Shown: in pieces, positions 1-13,535 of the stretch | Layout: every line of letters starts with the position of its first letter | Numbering within the stretch: the first letter of the stretch is position 1 | Assembly (NCBI GenBank): GCA_009914755.4 | Contig: CP086569.2 | Coordinates: 22,080,001-22,144,000, forward strand | Reading direction: 5' to 3' | DNA from: the human T2T-CHM13v2.0 reference genome, Homo sapiens | Length of the DNA stretch: 64,000 bases | Program-made: the position numbers and the translations under genes | The notes under the pieces: model-generated | Database searches by the model: none | Told to the model about the DNA's origin: nothing | What the model saw: the letters and a program-made list of their open reading frames with translations, nothing else

Positions 1-779
1 ATGACTATGTCATTATACACATTAAGACAGAGTAACAACTCTATGGAAGTAAATAAATGTCATATGCAAATCAGACATTTAATGTAACAATTGTGTAAAG
101 TTCAAAGGAGCAATTATTTTTCAAAGCAGCAGCAATAGTCCAAAATTTTTGCAAGCTTTTGTATAGAAATCTAGCATACCAATAATCCTCGATTGAGAGA
201 GTAAACTCAAAAGATTTAGCCTTTTTAAAATGAGAAACATGAATCTGTACATTTTAACTGTGCAGCACAAAGGTTGGTATGGAGTAACCCTCATCCCTTT
301 TCAACGCAGATGGTTGGAATTCTTAACAAGATATGATTTTCAGTACAGAGTGTCAATGGTTTGTAAGTTGTAAATTTTTAAATCTTTTTCTCCTGGAAAT
401 GAACTGTAGAAAAAAAACATTTCCAGCCAGCTATTATCTTCAAGAAATGTAAGAAGGAATTTATAATAATGCAGAATTTCACCTTTGTGTCCTGTTTGAA
501 TTGAAACTAGGGTTTTATAATAACAGCATCATAATAATTGATATAGTTAACATATTTCATTTGAAATAAATTCATATGGAGACTTTTTTTTCCAGAAAAA
601 AATCATAATATAAAATATGCTTGTGGTATCTATAATATACATAAAAACCAAACAACTAAAAAGCCTCAAACAAATAATTCCATTAAAAAGAAGGTGAATA
701 CATGTTTTTATAAAGAAGACATACGAATGGTCACTGGGGATGTAAATTAATGCTTAACATTAGTAAATATTAGATAAAT

Positions 780-2040
780 AAAAACTCAAATCCCAATGAG
801 ATATCATCTTACTCTAGTGCAAATAGTTGATATTATAAAGACAAGAAAATAACATACACTGGTGATAATGTGTAGAACTCTCATATACTGCTGATGGGAA
901 TGTGAATAATTAAAACTACTATAAAAATAAGGAAATTTCTTAAGAATTAAAAATACAAGTACCATGTGATATAGCAACCACACTACTGGGCATTTCTCCA
1001 AGGGGAAAAAAAGTTAGTTTATTGAAGAAATACCTGTATTCTCTTGTTAACTGCAGCACTATTTATGATACTGCAGACAGGAAAGCAACCTATCAGCAGG
1101 TGAACAGACAAAGAAAAAGTGGAATATATGTGCAATATTAATATTATTCAACAATGTTATTCAGTCATCAAAACAATAAAATTCTGTCCCATTCAGTCAC
1201 ATAGACAGACTGGTGTTATAATGTTAAATGACATAAGCTAGTCACAGAAAGACAGATTCAGAATTTTCTCACTCATATAGGAAAATTAAAATCAGTTCTA
1301 ATGAAGACAACAGAATGGATTGATTTATGACTTCTAGACAAAAATGTGAAGACAAAATCTTTAAAAAACATATGGGATAGCATTAAAACATTACTCAGAG
1401 AGTAGTTTATAGCAGTAAATACCCTTATCAGTTAAAATAAAATTATAGTAGAGGAAACTAAAAGGAAAATAACAAAGTAAATAAAAATTTGTGAAAAAAT
1501 TAAAGTTCAGAGCAGGTACAAATAAATAGAGATTAAAAATTACAAAGCTACAAAAAAAAGGGTTGGCTTTTAAAGATGTAAATAATTGATAATTACCTGA
1601 CTGACTAAAAGACAGAAGCCAAAACTTACAGAAACAGAAAATAAGACATTATAAGTGTTACCACAGAAATAAAAAATATTATGACACTATTGTGAACAAC
1701 TATACATAAACTAAAAAATCTAGAATAAATTTATGAGTTACTGAAGCACACGACCTACCAAGATTAACTTATAAATAATTACAAAACTTATATAGATCAA
1801 TAATGAGAACCAAAGGTGAATTTATAATAGTCTTCTATCAATTAAAAGTTTAGGCCCTGATTGTATTATTGCAGAACTCTGCCAAATATATAAAATACAT
1901 ATGAACCTACAAAAGACTTCATAACACCTAGGTGATATATGGATATATCTCAATGCTGAAGGCATCACAGTAGTCAACTTAAAAATATAAGATAAAGCAA
2001 TAGTTAAAAAATTAGTAATAATCATAGTGTTCCCAGATCA
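780..2040 (+). mobile_element. Ancient L1 (L1M-like) ORF2-derived fragments, in sense orientation and heavily decayed
   Basis: The frame translations resemble the L1 ORF2 C-terminal region (…MRYHLTPVRMAIIKK… motif region) and the ORF2 middle. The sequence is AT-rich with many stops. Boundaries are approximate. Confidence 0.45.
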
Positions 2041-2699
2041 AACTGAGGGTCAAGCTGCTATTTCTCATGGCCCAATAACGAGATACAGATGGAAGGAAGA
2101 GAGTTTTTATTTCAGCAACGGGTTACAAGGAGAAGGCCTGAAAATTATCAGCAGACCAACTCAAAGTTACAAAGTTGTCCAGAGCTTATATACTTTCTAA
2201 ATTATATGGCTATGTGTAAGTATGCAATCATCTAAAAACATAAATGATTAACTTCTTTTAATCTATAACGTAAGTTCTAAGTCCTGAAGACCTTCCTCTG
2301 GAGTCTCAGTAAATTTAATCAATCTAAATGGGTCCATGCGTTGGGGTGATTACTCTTATCTTGTCTCCTGCTAAATCATGGAGGTTTGGGGAGTTCTTCC
2401 AGACCTCCAATAAACTTGTTTTATCCTAAATAGATAGTTAAGAATTTCTTCAGTAGTTTTTCATGTGTTAGGGCCCGGAAAAAGCCAACACAAAATGCAT
2501 GGTGGGCTTTCGTCACATTCCAGCTTTTGAATAAGAGTACTGGCTTATATTGGGCTTATAATATTTAACTGAACCACTCAGCCAGTAGTGAAACAGTTGT
2601 TATGTGGTCATCTTATGTTAGTGAGAGCCAGCCTGCCGCAGTAGCACTGGAATAAAAGCAATCATGTACACAAGTGGAGCAAAACAGGAGCTCAGAAAT

Positions 2700-3520
2700 A
2701 AATCCATGCATCTACCATCAACTGATTTTTCACAAGGGATTTGAGAAAAGGAGAACATCAAACTGTCTTAAGAAAAAAATAGTACCTTCAATGCAATGTG
2801 TGGGAAAACTGGATATTCACATATAGAAGCAGAAAACTACACTTCTATTTTAAGTAATGTTCAAAGGTCAGCTCAAAATGAATTAAGGATTAATATGACA
2901 TAAAAAACTATAAAACTAGTCAAAAAAGGCAAAAGAAATTTTTTTATAATGATTTTCTGGGCAGACTTTTTGGATGACATCTGAAAAACCCAGAAAACCA
3001 ATGAAGAAAATAAACAAATGTGATTACATCCAACTAAGAAGATTGTGCACAACTGAAGATACAACAAATAAAGTGAAGAGAAAACCTAACAAACATTTAA
3101 CGTATTTGAAAACTATGCATCTGGTAAGGGGTTAATACTAAGAACAAATAAGACATATAATTCAACAGCTGAACAAACAAACAAACAAAAAACACTAATT
3201 TAAAATGTTCAAAAGATGTAAACAGACAAACAGACTTTTCTCTGAAAATGACACAGATACTTCAAACAAATATATAAGAGAAATGCCACGAAAATCCATA
3301 AGGAAATATATCAAGTCACTTTAGTTGAGTGAATCTATTAGAAATATGGTGGATATTACTTTAAAAAAAAAGAATAAGTACTGCCAGTAACATCAGGAAA
3401 AGGAAGGTGTGGAAACTGCACAAAACACACTCTTGGGGGGAATGTAAATTAGTAGAACCAGTACAAAACACATTACATAGATTTCTCAAATAATTCACCT
3501 GAAAATTACCACAAGGATGA
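2700..3520 (+). mobile_element. Ancient L1 (L1M-like) ORF2 3'-region fragment, in sense orientation
   Basis: The translation matches the L1 ORF2 C-terminal region (WCWENW…[21 protein letters not shown]…CWRGCGE-like segments) with stops. It ends abruptly at about 3520. Confidence 0.5.
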
Positions 3521-4569
3521 GTGGGGCCAGGATGGGTGACTAGAAACAGCAGTGTTCAGAGGCTCCCATTGATAACAAAGCATAAAAGGCATGTGAACAC
3601 TTCACTGGCAACTTGGTATCCATGTTCACTTTATAGAACTGACCAGGAGGATGGTGCGACCCAGGGAGAAAAGGAAGAACAGCGTGGTGCAGTGTCCCAC
3701 CTGAGAGGCACATGGGGTATGGGAGCCAACTCCCTCAGCCAAGGGAGGAGGTCAGTGAGGCTGTGACCCAGCTGGGAAATCGTGCTATTTCTACAGAACT
3801 GTGAAACCCACAGATCAGAAGATCCCATCCGCAAACCCACACCACGAGGGCCTAGCATCACCGCCCCAGAATGCACCTACTCTTAATGGTGTCTCAGCTG
3901 GGATCTGCTTAAACCTACTGAACTCCCAGTGGCGAGGAGCGACCAGTGCCATGGCTGAAATTGCCTGCTATCTAAGCCACTTTAGCTCCAGGGGGAAAGG
4001 TCAGCAGGCAGCACTAGGACTCATAACTGCCTAACTTGCTAAGCTCCCTGGGAAGAGGAAGAACAGCACCCATCTCTAGAGTTCCAGGCTGTGCTTTTAC
4101 CCTGCTGGAGCAAGGGAGGCTGGAGGGCTTGATCCCAAGACTTGTGACCCACTGCCCAAGACATTAGCTGTGGCATTCTGTGACCAGAGTGCCTCTTCAG
4201 GCCTGACCCTGACACATCTTTCTTCACTGGGTGGGGCTTCCCTCAGGAATTCCAATAACTAGCCAGAGTTTCAGAGACAAAACACAAATCACCCTGGGCC
4301 TGCACCCATAGGGGAGAGGTAGCCACAGTCTCTGCAAACCAGAAGAGACTGGTCAGTTCTGAGGAATCCAGGCAGCCCAGATGAGTGGGTTTTCCCCCCA
4401 GGAAGGCATACCCCCTCCACCAAAAAACAAAGAGCTTTGTTAAATGCATTCTATTTCCCATGTCGCCCAACTGGGTGAGAGTCTCCAACAGGGATTTTCA
4501 ACACCCAAATAGCAGCAATCCTACTAGCATCTGGTTGGTGTCCCTTGAGGTCAGAGGTCCCAGAAGAAT
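3521..4569. other. Unclassified GC-richer block between two L1 fragments (possible old LTR or other interspersed repeat)
   Basis: Its composition differs sharply from the flanking L1 sequence. I recognise no coding signal in it. I could not assign a family by eye. Confidence 0.2.
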
Positions 4570-7207
4570 TGGCAGGCACCCACTTTGCTCTGTCAAGTCA
4601 GGTTCATCCCTGAGTTGCAAAGCTGGTTGAACATACACAAACCCATAAATGTAGTCCATCAAATAAACAGAATCAAAGACAAAAACCACATGATTATCTG
4701 AATAGATGAAGAAAAAGCCATTGATAAAATTCAACATTGCTTCATAATAAAAACTCTCAGTAAAATAGGTATTGATGGAACATAACTCAAGATAATAACA
4801 GCTATTTATGACAAACCCACAGCCAATATCATACTAAATGGGCAAAAGCTGGAAGCATTCCTGTTGAAAAGTGGTATGAGAAAAGGATGACTCTGTCACC
4901 ATTTATATTTAACATAGTATTGGAAGTTCTGGTTAGGGCAATCAGGCAAAAGAAAGAAATAAAGGGTATTCAATTAGGAAGAGAGGAAGTGAAATTGTCT
5001 CTGCAAATGGCATGATTGTATGCTTCACTTGACTAGTCTTAAAAAATAAATAAAAATAAAACTATATACATATGCATATAAAAGACAAATACAATAGATG
5101 AAACCAAAACCATACTGAATAAAATATGGCACAAAGATAGAAAAAAGAAAATCCCATGATCTCAGCCCCAAAATTTCTCAAAATAATAAGTAACTTCAGC
5201 AAGCTGACAAGATACAAAATCAGTATTCAAAAATTACAAGCATTTTTTCACACCAACGATAGACAAGCAAGGAGCCAAATCATGAATGAACTCCAATTCA
5301 CAAATGCAACAAAGAGAACAAAATACCTAGGAATACAGCTAGCAAGAAGTGTGAATGACCTCCTCAAGGAGAACTACAAACCGCTGCTCAAGGAAATAAT
5401 AGAGGACACAAAAAAATGGAAAGCATTCCATGCTCATGGATAGATAGAATTAATATTGTGAAAATAGCCATACTACCCAAAGCAATTTACAGATTTAATG
5501 ATCCTATCAAACTACTCTTGACATTATTCACAGAATCAAAGAAACCTATTTTAAATTTTATATGGAATCAAAGAAGACCCTGGATAGTCAGGACAATCTT
5601 TTTTTTTTTTTATATATGGAGTCTCTCTTTGTCCCCCAGGCTGGAGTGAAGTGGTGTGATTTTGGCTCACTGCAAGCTCCACCTCCCAGGTGTATGCCAT
5701 TCTCCTCCCTCAGCCTCTTGAGTAGCTGGGACTACAGGCATTTGCCACCATGCCTGGCTAATTTTTTGTATTTTTAGTAGAGACGGGTTTTCACTGTGTT
5801 AGCCAGGATGGTCTCAATCTCCTGACCTGGTGATCTGCCCACCTCAGTCTCCCAAAATTCTGGGATTACCGGCATCAGCCACCATGCCTGGCCAGTCAGG
5901 ACAAACTTAAGCAAAAGGAACAAAACTGGAGTCATCATGGTACCTGACTTCAAACTATACTAAAAGGCAACAGTAACCAAAACAGCATGGCAATTACACC
6001 AAAACAGACATATAGACCAATGGAGTAGGACAGAAACCTCAGAAATAACACCACACAACTACAACCATCTGATCTTTGAAGACAAACCTGACAAAAGCAA
6101 GCAATGGGGAAAGGATATCCTATTCAGTAAAGGGTGCTGGGAAAACTGGCTAGCCATACACAGAAAACTAAAACTTGACCTTTTCCTTGTAACTTATACA
6201 AAAATTAACTCTATATGGATTAAAGACTTAAATGTAAAACCCAAAACCATAAAAACCCTAGAAGAAAACCTAGGCAATACCATTCAAGACACAGGCATTA
6301 GCAAATGCTTCATTAAAAAAGCCAAAAATAATTGCCACAAAAGCCAAAATTGACAAATGGGGTCTAATTAAACTATAGAGCTTCTGAACAGCAAAACAAA
6401 CTATCATCAGATTGAACAGGTAATGTACAGAATGGGAGAAAATGTTTGCAATCTATCAATCTGACAAAGACCTAATATCCAGAATCTACAAGGAACTTGA
6501 AGAAATTTACAAAAATAAAAAATAAAAATAAAAAAACACACCTCCATCAAAAAGTAGGCAAAGAATATAAACAGACACTTCTAAAAAGAAGATATTTACA
6601 CAGTCAACAAACATATGGAAAAAAGCTCAACATCACTAATCATCAGAGAAATTTAAATCAAAACCACAATGAAATACCATCTCACACCAGTCAGAATGGT
6701 GATTATTAAAGGGTCAGGAAACAATGGGTACCAATCTGTCTGTGGAGAAAGAGGAATGTTCTTATACTGTTGGTGGGAATGTAAATTAGTTCTACCACTG
6801 TGGATTACAGTATGGTAATTCCTCAAGGATTTAGAACCAACAATATGATTTGACCCAGCAATCCCATTACCAGGTATACACTCAAAAGAATATAAATTAT
6901 TCTAGTATAAAGACACATGCACACATATGTTTAATGCAGCACTAAGTACCATAGCAAAGACATGGAACCAACAATGCCCATCAATGATACAATGGATAAT
7001 GAAAATGTGGTAGAAATACACTGTGGAATACTATGCAACCATAAAAAGGAATGAGATTATATCCTTTGCAGGGACATGAATGAAGCTGGGAGCCATCATC
7101 CACAACAAACTAAGATAGGGACAGATAACCAAATACCACATGTTCTCACTCTTAAGTGGGAGTTGAACAATGAGAACACATAGACTTGGAGAGGGAAACA
7201 ACACGTG
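4570..7207 (+). mobile_element. L1 (L1PA-like) 5'-truncated element: ORF2 reverse-transcriptase region to the ORF2 end, then about 30 bp of 3'UTR and no further 3' end
   Basis: The DNA and translation match L1 ORF2 ([14 protein letters not shown]…NHMIISIDAEKAFDKIQH…FADDMIV…LPKAIYRFN… and the end motif ccacatgttctcactcttaagtgggagttgaacaatgagaacaca). It is interrupted by an Alu at 5590-5893. Confidence 0.85.
5590..5893 (-). mobile_element. Alu (minus orientation) nested in the L1, with a target-site duplication of about 13 bp (agtcaggacaa[t/a]c)
   Basis: Poly-T at the 5' side, then the revcomp Alu consensus (…gagtctctctttgtcccccaggctggagtg…ccaccatgcctggcc). The flanking direct repeats are visible. 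Confidence 0.9.
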
Positions 7208-9167
7208 GTCAGTAAAGAATGTCACATTCTAACAGATCCAAGATCTCTAAGTTTATCTTGTGACCTTAAGAGAAGAGGATTATCTAACTCACAGGTATTT
7301 GAGAATAAACCTAAAACTGTCCTTGGCTTTAAAAGGTCTTATCTGAGATTGCTTGTGGAACAGACTTTCATCAAAACCAATCCAAAATCCTTACGTAGGA
7401 ATAGGTATTATTGCAGCACTCTATGCAAATTATCAGGCCAAGTATAAGGCTAAAGTCTATTTTGCAAAACACTCAGTCTTAAAATTTTGTTTAACAAAAA
7501 CAAGGAGTTGATAGAGGGAAATAATGTTTCAAAACTTATTTTACATTTGTCATTAATTTCAAAATTTATTAGTTGTTTTTTAAGTTTTCACCTATACTTT
7601 TGACTAACCCTGCTTGTTCCTGTGAATCTACCAGCTCTGGCTCTGGCTGCAGCTCATAAAGAACAAGAGAAATAGATAATGTAAAAATCTACATCAATAT
7701 CCTAGTTCTGAGCAATTATCCTGAAAATCTTGCCAGGTTATGGGAATAAATAGAATACTTATCAATCAGAGGTTTCCTTTTGGGAAAGTAACATTGAAGG
7801 AGCTAATTGAGGCTAAGCACTATGCACCCAAATCCTAGAAAGCATAACTATCGCCATCAGTTATTTGGGTGTGCCACAAGACATCTGTTTCTCTCCCTTG
7901 TTGGAGGAGAACTGAGTTCCATAGTTTCACCTTAGCATTCGGCTTATGATAAGGAGTCTTTGAGATACCTCCCCAACTCCCTGCTGACACATTTTTTCCC
8001 AATCTCAATTCCAAGCTTTGGATTAAAGCACTAGGGGAAAAAAATGGACCTGAGCAATCCTAAGGCAGATGAAAACACAGGTTAAAAGGCACAGCACAGG
8101 TAAATGTGGGTTATTCCTGATAATTAAGCCAACCCCAAGCTTCCTGTTTCATGGATAAAGGCCATATTAGTATCCATGGGATAAATGAGGTCTAGGGTAT
8201 CCAAGGTTACTGAAAGCCAAGAAGATAGAGTGTACATGGGTAAGAGTGGATAATTCTCACCTCCTAGGATCCTCTGCTTCATGGGTGCAAGCCACTTTAA
8301 TACCCATGGCAGTGCCTGCCAAGGTCATTGGAACTTGGAAATACAAGAAAGAATGAGGGAAAGAGGATGCTATTCCATCTCTCCCTCGTGTACCTCAGGT
8401 ATCTGCTAGGAAGAGAAGGAAACCAGGGATGCCTGATTCCCTCTTTCTACAACGGTATCAGTTCATCTTCAGTCTGTACCCCTTTTGAATGCATCCTGAA
8501 CTTCTGAGACTCCTTTAAAATATCCCTTCTCTTTTACTTTCTCCTCCCCAGCTCACTCTTCATGGTTAAATAATTGTGTCTCTGCAATACAAGTCACTCA
8601 CCTCAGAGGCCTTTTCCAAACTGAAAAGAGAAAATTTCTCAAACGTTAAATGGTTGGCTTAAAATTGAGCTCAGGGGAAGGAAACCCTGAAGCCCTACAG
8701 GCTGGCAAAATGGTAAAGTTTTTCTAGTTAGTCAGGTTTTTGACCTCCCTTTGATGCAAACTGCTAAAATGCTTTGAAACTTTTGAGCACTTCTAAGCCC
8801 TCCCTTTGTTTCATTTTCATACATGTTTTCTAACAACCTGATTTGTTTGTTCTTGCCTTCAGACTGTAAAACTCTAAATGGTAATTCAGCTGAAGCCTCT
8901 GATGATGGCCCTTTATGTTCCTCCTCTAGGGACTCTTAAATAGGCCTCTGAGAGGGGTCTGACTGCCATTTCCCCAAAACAGTATCCTCCATCAGTAGGA
9001 AGGAGTTAAGTTTAGTCTTTGTCTGTATTCTTATTTTTATATTAACAGAAGTTAGATGTACTTCTTTAGTACAAAGAATTAGATAGCCAGGTGAAAGGGG
9101 TTCTCCAGAGAATCTCCAACCAGCCTGCACACTAGAAGGAATGAACACTGTGATGAGCCTCAGGAAC

Positions 9168-9678
9168 TGTTGCAGAAATTAGAGAATCAGAGAGACCAAA
9201 TGGGTGTTATAGTAGGATTTGTATTAAGGTGTACACAGGCTCAGTGGATTCGCATCCAAAAAGCTGAGCCTAGAACAAAGACACGGCTTGATTTTTATAA
9301 GCAAGCTTACAGAAGCAGAACAAAGACAGTTAATTAAACAGTGACAGGTCTCATAATCTCTACTGTAGCTTGTAACCTTGCATCTGCATCTAAGGAGAAA
9401 CAGGAACTTACAAAACTTGCAAAATATTTATGGGGAGGGGATAAAGGGCTAAAAGAGGAATTTTGTTTTACTTATCCTTATGATGGGGAGTGCTAGGGAG
9501 AGTCTCTGGAGCACATTTCTTTTGGCTCCTGACCTCTTAGATAGTGTTACCAGGACCTCGCCTGGGCCTGGGCTGTGTCTGTTACTGCTTTTTGGCATGA
9601 GATAGCCTAATACAGAAAAATTTGTTTTTTTCTTTTAGTTTAATTTTATTTTCATTTCTTTCTTTAATTTTATGCCTC
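9168..9678 (-). mobile_element. Solo LTR related to the LTRs of the 35-45 kb provirus, with a 4-bp target-site duplication GAAC
   Basis: It starts tgttgcagaaattagagaatcagagagaccaaatggg… and ends …ttaattttatgcctca. Its motifs are shared with the proviral LTRs (gaaatcagaga…cagagagacc; aagcttacagaag…; acaggaacttacaaaacttgcaaaatat…). It is flanked by …aggaac|LTR|gaacatt. Confidence 0.55.
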
Positions 9679-10059
9679 AGAACATTGTACCATTTGCAGT
9701 AGCAATGAGCCTGGCTCCTCCTCTTATTGTGTGGAAGTAGGGAAACAGGCAGGCAGGAAGCCCACTAGTAGGAACTCTGGCCTTGCAGGAGTCACTGTTT
9801 CTCCCTTTTCTTCCCTTTTACCCAATAAAACCCTGTGTCTGTCTTATCATTTAAATTGTCTGTTAGCTGAAATTTTCATAGCTGCAGGACAAATAACCCT
9901 GTTTTTAGTTGAATAAGGGAATGTCCTGCAACACTGCGGGCTAAAAAGAGTATGAATCATAGGGATAGAAAGAGATTAGTCAATGGATACAAAAAAATGC
10001 AGTTAGATGGAAGAAATATGTCACAGCAGGGTCACTGTGTTTAGTAATAATGCATCGTA

Positions 10060-10380
10060 GGCTGGCAAGGTGGCTCATGTCTGTAATTCCAGCACTTTGG
10101 GAGGCTGAGGCAGGAGAATCACAAGGTCAGGAGTTTGAGACCAGCCTGGCCAACATGGGGAAACCTTGTCTCTACTAAAAATACAAAAAATTAGCTGGGC
10201 ATAGTGGTGGGCACTTGTTATCCGGCTGCTCAGGAGGCTGAGGTAAGAGAATCACTTGAACCTGGGAGTCAGAGGTTGCAGTGAGCTAAGATTGCACTAT
10301 TGCACTCCAGCCCAGGTGACTGAGTGAAACTCCATCTCAAATAATAATAATAATAAACAATAAACAATAAAAATAATAAT
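10060..10380 (+). mobile_element. Alu (plus) with an (AATAA)n-rich tail
   Basis: ggctggcaaggtggctcatgtctgtaattccagcactttgggaggctgagg… consensus. Confidence 0.9.
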
Positions 10381-10618
10381 GCATTGTATATTTCAATGTA
10401 GAAGAGAAAATTTCTAGGGTTCTCATCACAAATTATCAACCTTAGAGGTGATGGATAAATACCTTTATTTGATATATGTATGCATGTATAGAATAACATG
10501 GTCTTCGATATATAAGTGTGCATTTATTATATGTCAATGGAAAATATAATAAAATTTAAAATGTAAAAAGTAACATAGTGAAAGAAATAGATGGAGAGGC
10601 AAGAAAAAATGCAAAACA

Positions 10619-10935
10619 GGCCAGGCACGATGGCTGACTCTTGTAATCCCAGCACTTTAGGAGGCTGAGGCGGGTGGATCACGAGGTCAGGGGATCAAGG
10701 CCATCCTGGCTAACACGGTGAAACCCCATCTCTACTAAAAATACAAAAAATTAGCCAGGCGTGGTGGCGGGCACCTGTAGTCTCAGCTACTCCAGAGGCT
10801 GAGGCAGGGGAATAGTGTGAACCTGGGGTCGGAGCTTGCAGTGAGCCAAGATTGTGCCACTGCACTCCAGCCTGGGAGACAGAGCCAGACTCTGCCAAAA
10901 AAATTAAAAAAATAAAAAAAAAGAAAAGAAATAAT
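10619..10935 (+). mobile_element. Alu (plus, AluS/Y-like)
   Basis: ggccaggcacgatggctgactcttgtaatcccagcactttaggaggctgaggcgggtggatcacgaggtcagg… plus an A-rich tail. Confidence 0.9.
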
Positions 10936-11126
10936 GAAAAACAACACAGACACTTATGAATGTATATACATGCAAATTCAGAAAAAAAATAAAATGTACC
11001 AGAGACATAAAGACAAATAAAGCTAAGAGAAGATGGCACAAACTCACACTGAGTACATAAAGAAAGCTGGGGGTCACTCCCTCTCCTCTTTTGAGTGCCT
11101 GTTTATTCGAAAATAGTGTCCTGATT

Positions 11127-11497
<371 letters not shown>

Positions 11498-11974
11498 TTA
11501 TCACTTCTCTTCTCCACCCATTTGTTTTTCCTACTGGTGCTTTATTTCTGAGATACTACTGCAAGAGACTGAGCTGCATGTTATTACTGTTAAGCTGCTG
11601 GAGAAAACGACACTGTTGAGATTAATGTTCATCCCTCATGAACTTTTACAATTGAAACAATTGAAAAATCCACCAAAATCATATCTACTGATGCCCATTA
11701 TGCATCCCTTCAGTAGTTGTCTTGCTATATCCTGTGATAGTGAGGTCAGACCACTAGTTAAATAAGTTAAGACAAGTAGTGATGTTTCTGTAGATCAAAC
11801 CTCTGTTCATATTGCAGCCCTTTTGAATTTACATAGAATAATACCATACATATCTTGGAGAAAAAGAAGAATAGAGGGAAAAGTCTGGATTACTTTGGCT
11901 CTTACCTCAACCATGTTCTCCTCAGTGTTACTTCTTATTAGTGAAGATAATCTTGAGTGTCCATTCTACAACTT

Positions 11975-12025
11975 CTCTCTCTCCATCTTTCTCTGTCTCT
12001 ATCTTTCTCTCTCTCTCTGTATACA
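11975..12025. repeat. (CT)n / TC-rich simple repeat
   Basis: tctctctctccatctttctctgtctctatctttctctctctctctg. Confidence 0.8.
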
Positions 12026-12249
12026 TATATGCAAACATTTAGGTTGATAATATCTCAACTTTTCTGATTAAAGCTGGGATGAACATGATGGTGTAAGTAT
12101 CTCTTTAATATACGTTTTTCTTTTTCTTGAATAATGAGGTTGCTGGATCATACAGTAGGTTTTATATTTGTTTGTTCACCTTGTGAGAAACCTCCATACT
12201 ATTCTCCATAATGGCCAGCTCAGACGCAGTAGAATAGGCTACCTAAGGT

Positions 12250-12572
12250 TTTTTTATTTATTTTTATTTTTATTTTTGAGATGGAGTCTTGCTCTGTTGC
12301 CCAGGCTGGAGTGCAATGGTGCAATCTCAGCTCGCTGCCACTTCTGTCTCCTGGGGTCATACCATTCTCCTGACTCACTCTCCTGAGTTGCCGGGATTAC
12401 AGGCACACCCCACAATGCCTGGCTGTTTGTTTGTTTGTTTGTTTTTGTATTTTTAGTAGAAACGGGGTTTCACCATGTTAGCCTGGTTGGCCTCAATTTC
12501 CTGACCTCGTGATCCGCCCACCTCAGTCTCACAAAGCGCTGGGATTACAGGAGTGAGCCACTGCTCCTGGCC
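12250..12572 (-). mobile_element. Alu (minus)
   Basis: T-rich head, then revcomp Alu (gagatggagtcttgctctgttgcccaggctggagtgcaatgg…ccactgctcctggcc). Confidence 0.9.
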
Positions 12573-12837
12573 AGTGAAGTTCTCTACTCTAGTCCCTAGT
12601 TCTCATTTCATCTCTGGATCTGTCCATGACCTGGGGGAAATTTCTGCCCTCAGTGGAAGGAAAAAAATCTGGTTGTCTTTATAACTTGTTTATGTAGAGC
12701 CATAGGTTCTTTAGCAAACATAGGCAGTAAATGGTTAATAATTAGACCTGGTTTTGTGCAAGACCTAGTGCTGTCCTGGCTTCATGTCTGTCCCACAGTG
12801 GAGTCCCGGGGTGGTGGACACAGGGGTGTTATTTTTA

Positions 12838-12915
12838 CAGAGAAGGGGAGAGGGAGGGGGAGTGGGAGAGGGAAGAGGGAGAGGGAGAGGGAGACGGAGT
12901 GGGAGATTTGTTTGG
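12838..12915. repeat. (GGGAGA)n-like purine-rich simple repeat
   Basis: gagggagggggagtgggagagggaagagggagagggagagggagacggagtgggag. Confidence 0.8.
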
Positions 12916-13535
12916 AAAAAAGCAGGGGAAGAGGACTAAAGCATCTGCCTGCTAATTTATAAAGTTCTTCTAGACCTCATTTAAGACCATTCATCTATGT
13001 GGTGCTTTTTACACATCTATAAGAATCACAACATTACTGGGCTTAGGAAGCTCCCTAATGCAGATAAGGTTTAGATAGTAACACCAAAGTTTTTTTCAAA
13101 TATCTGTAAGCCTTCCCCTGTGCTGGTATAAGCAAGCTCAGACTGTGAAGACAACAATAACTCTTCAATGCCCAGAAACCAATGAACATCAACAACCAGC
13201 AAGACCACCAAGGAAAAATTGACTGTCCCAGACAAACTCAGCACGACATTAGGGATCAATCCTGAAGAAACAAAGATATGTGGTCCTTCAGACTTAGAAT
13301 TCAAAATAGTTCTGTTTGGAAGATAACACAGAAAAGAAATTCAAGATAAATTCAGCATAGCACAGAGAAGGATGACAGAATTTGAGAAAACACTGAGAAG
13401 AAATACAGAATTTTATCAATTTGAAATTAAAATGTTAAAATTCATCATTTTACAAAATAATTTACATAACTAAAAAGAGCCAAGCAGCATTTTAGAAGGT
13501 AAAGTATAATTCAAAAACAGAAAAATGCACTGTCT

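Noticed and set aside
12756-12962. Plus-strand ORF (68 aa) rich in Gly-Arg-Glu repeats (…GRGRGSGRGKRERERE…)
   Set aside because: It is a translation of the (GGGAGA)n purine microsatellite, not a coding sequence.
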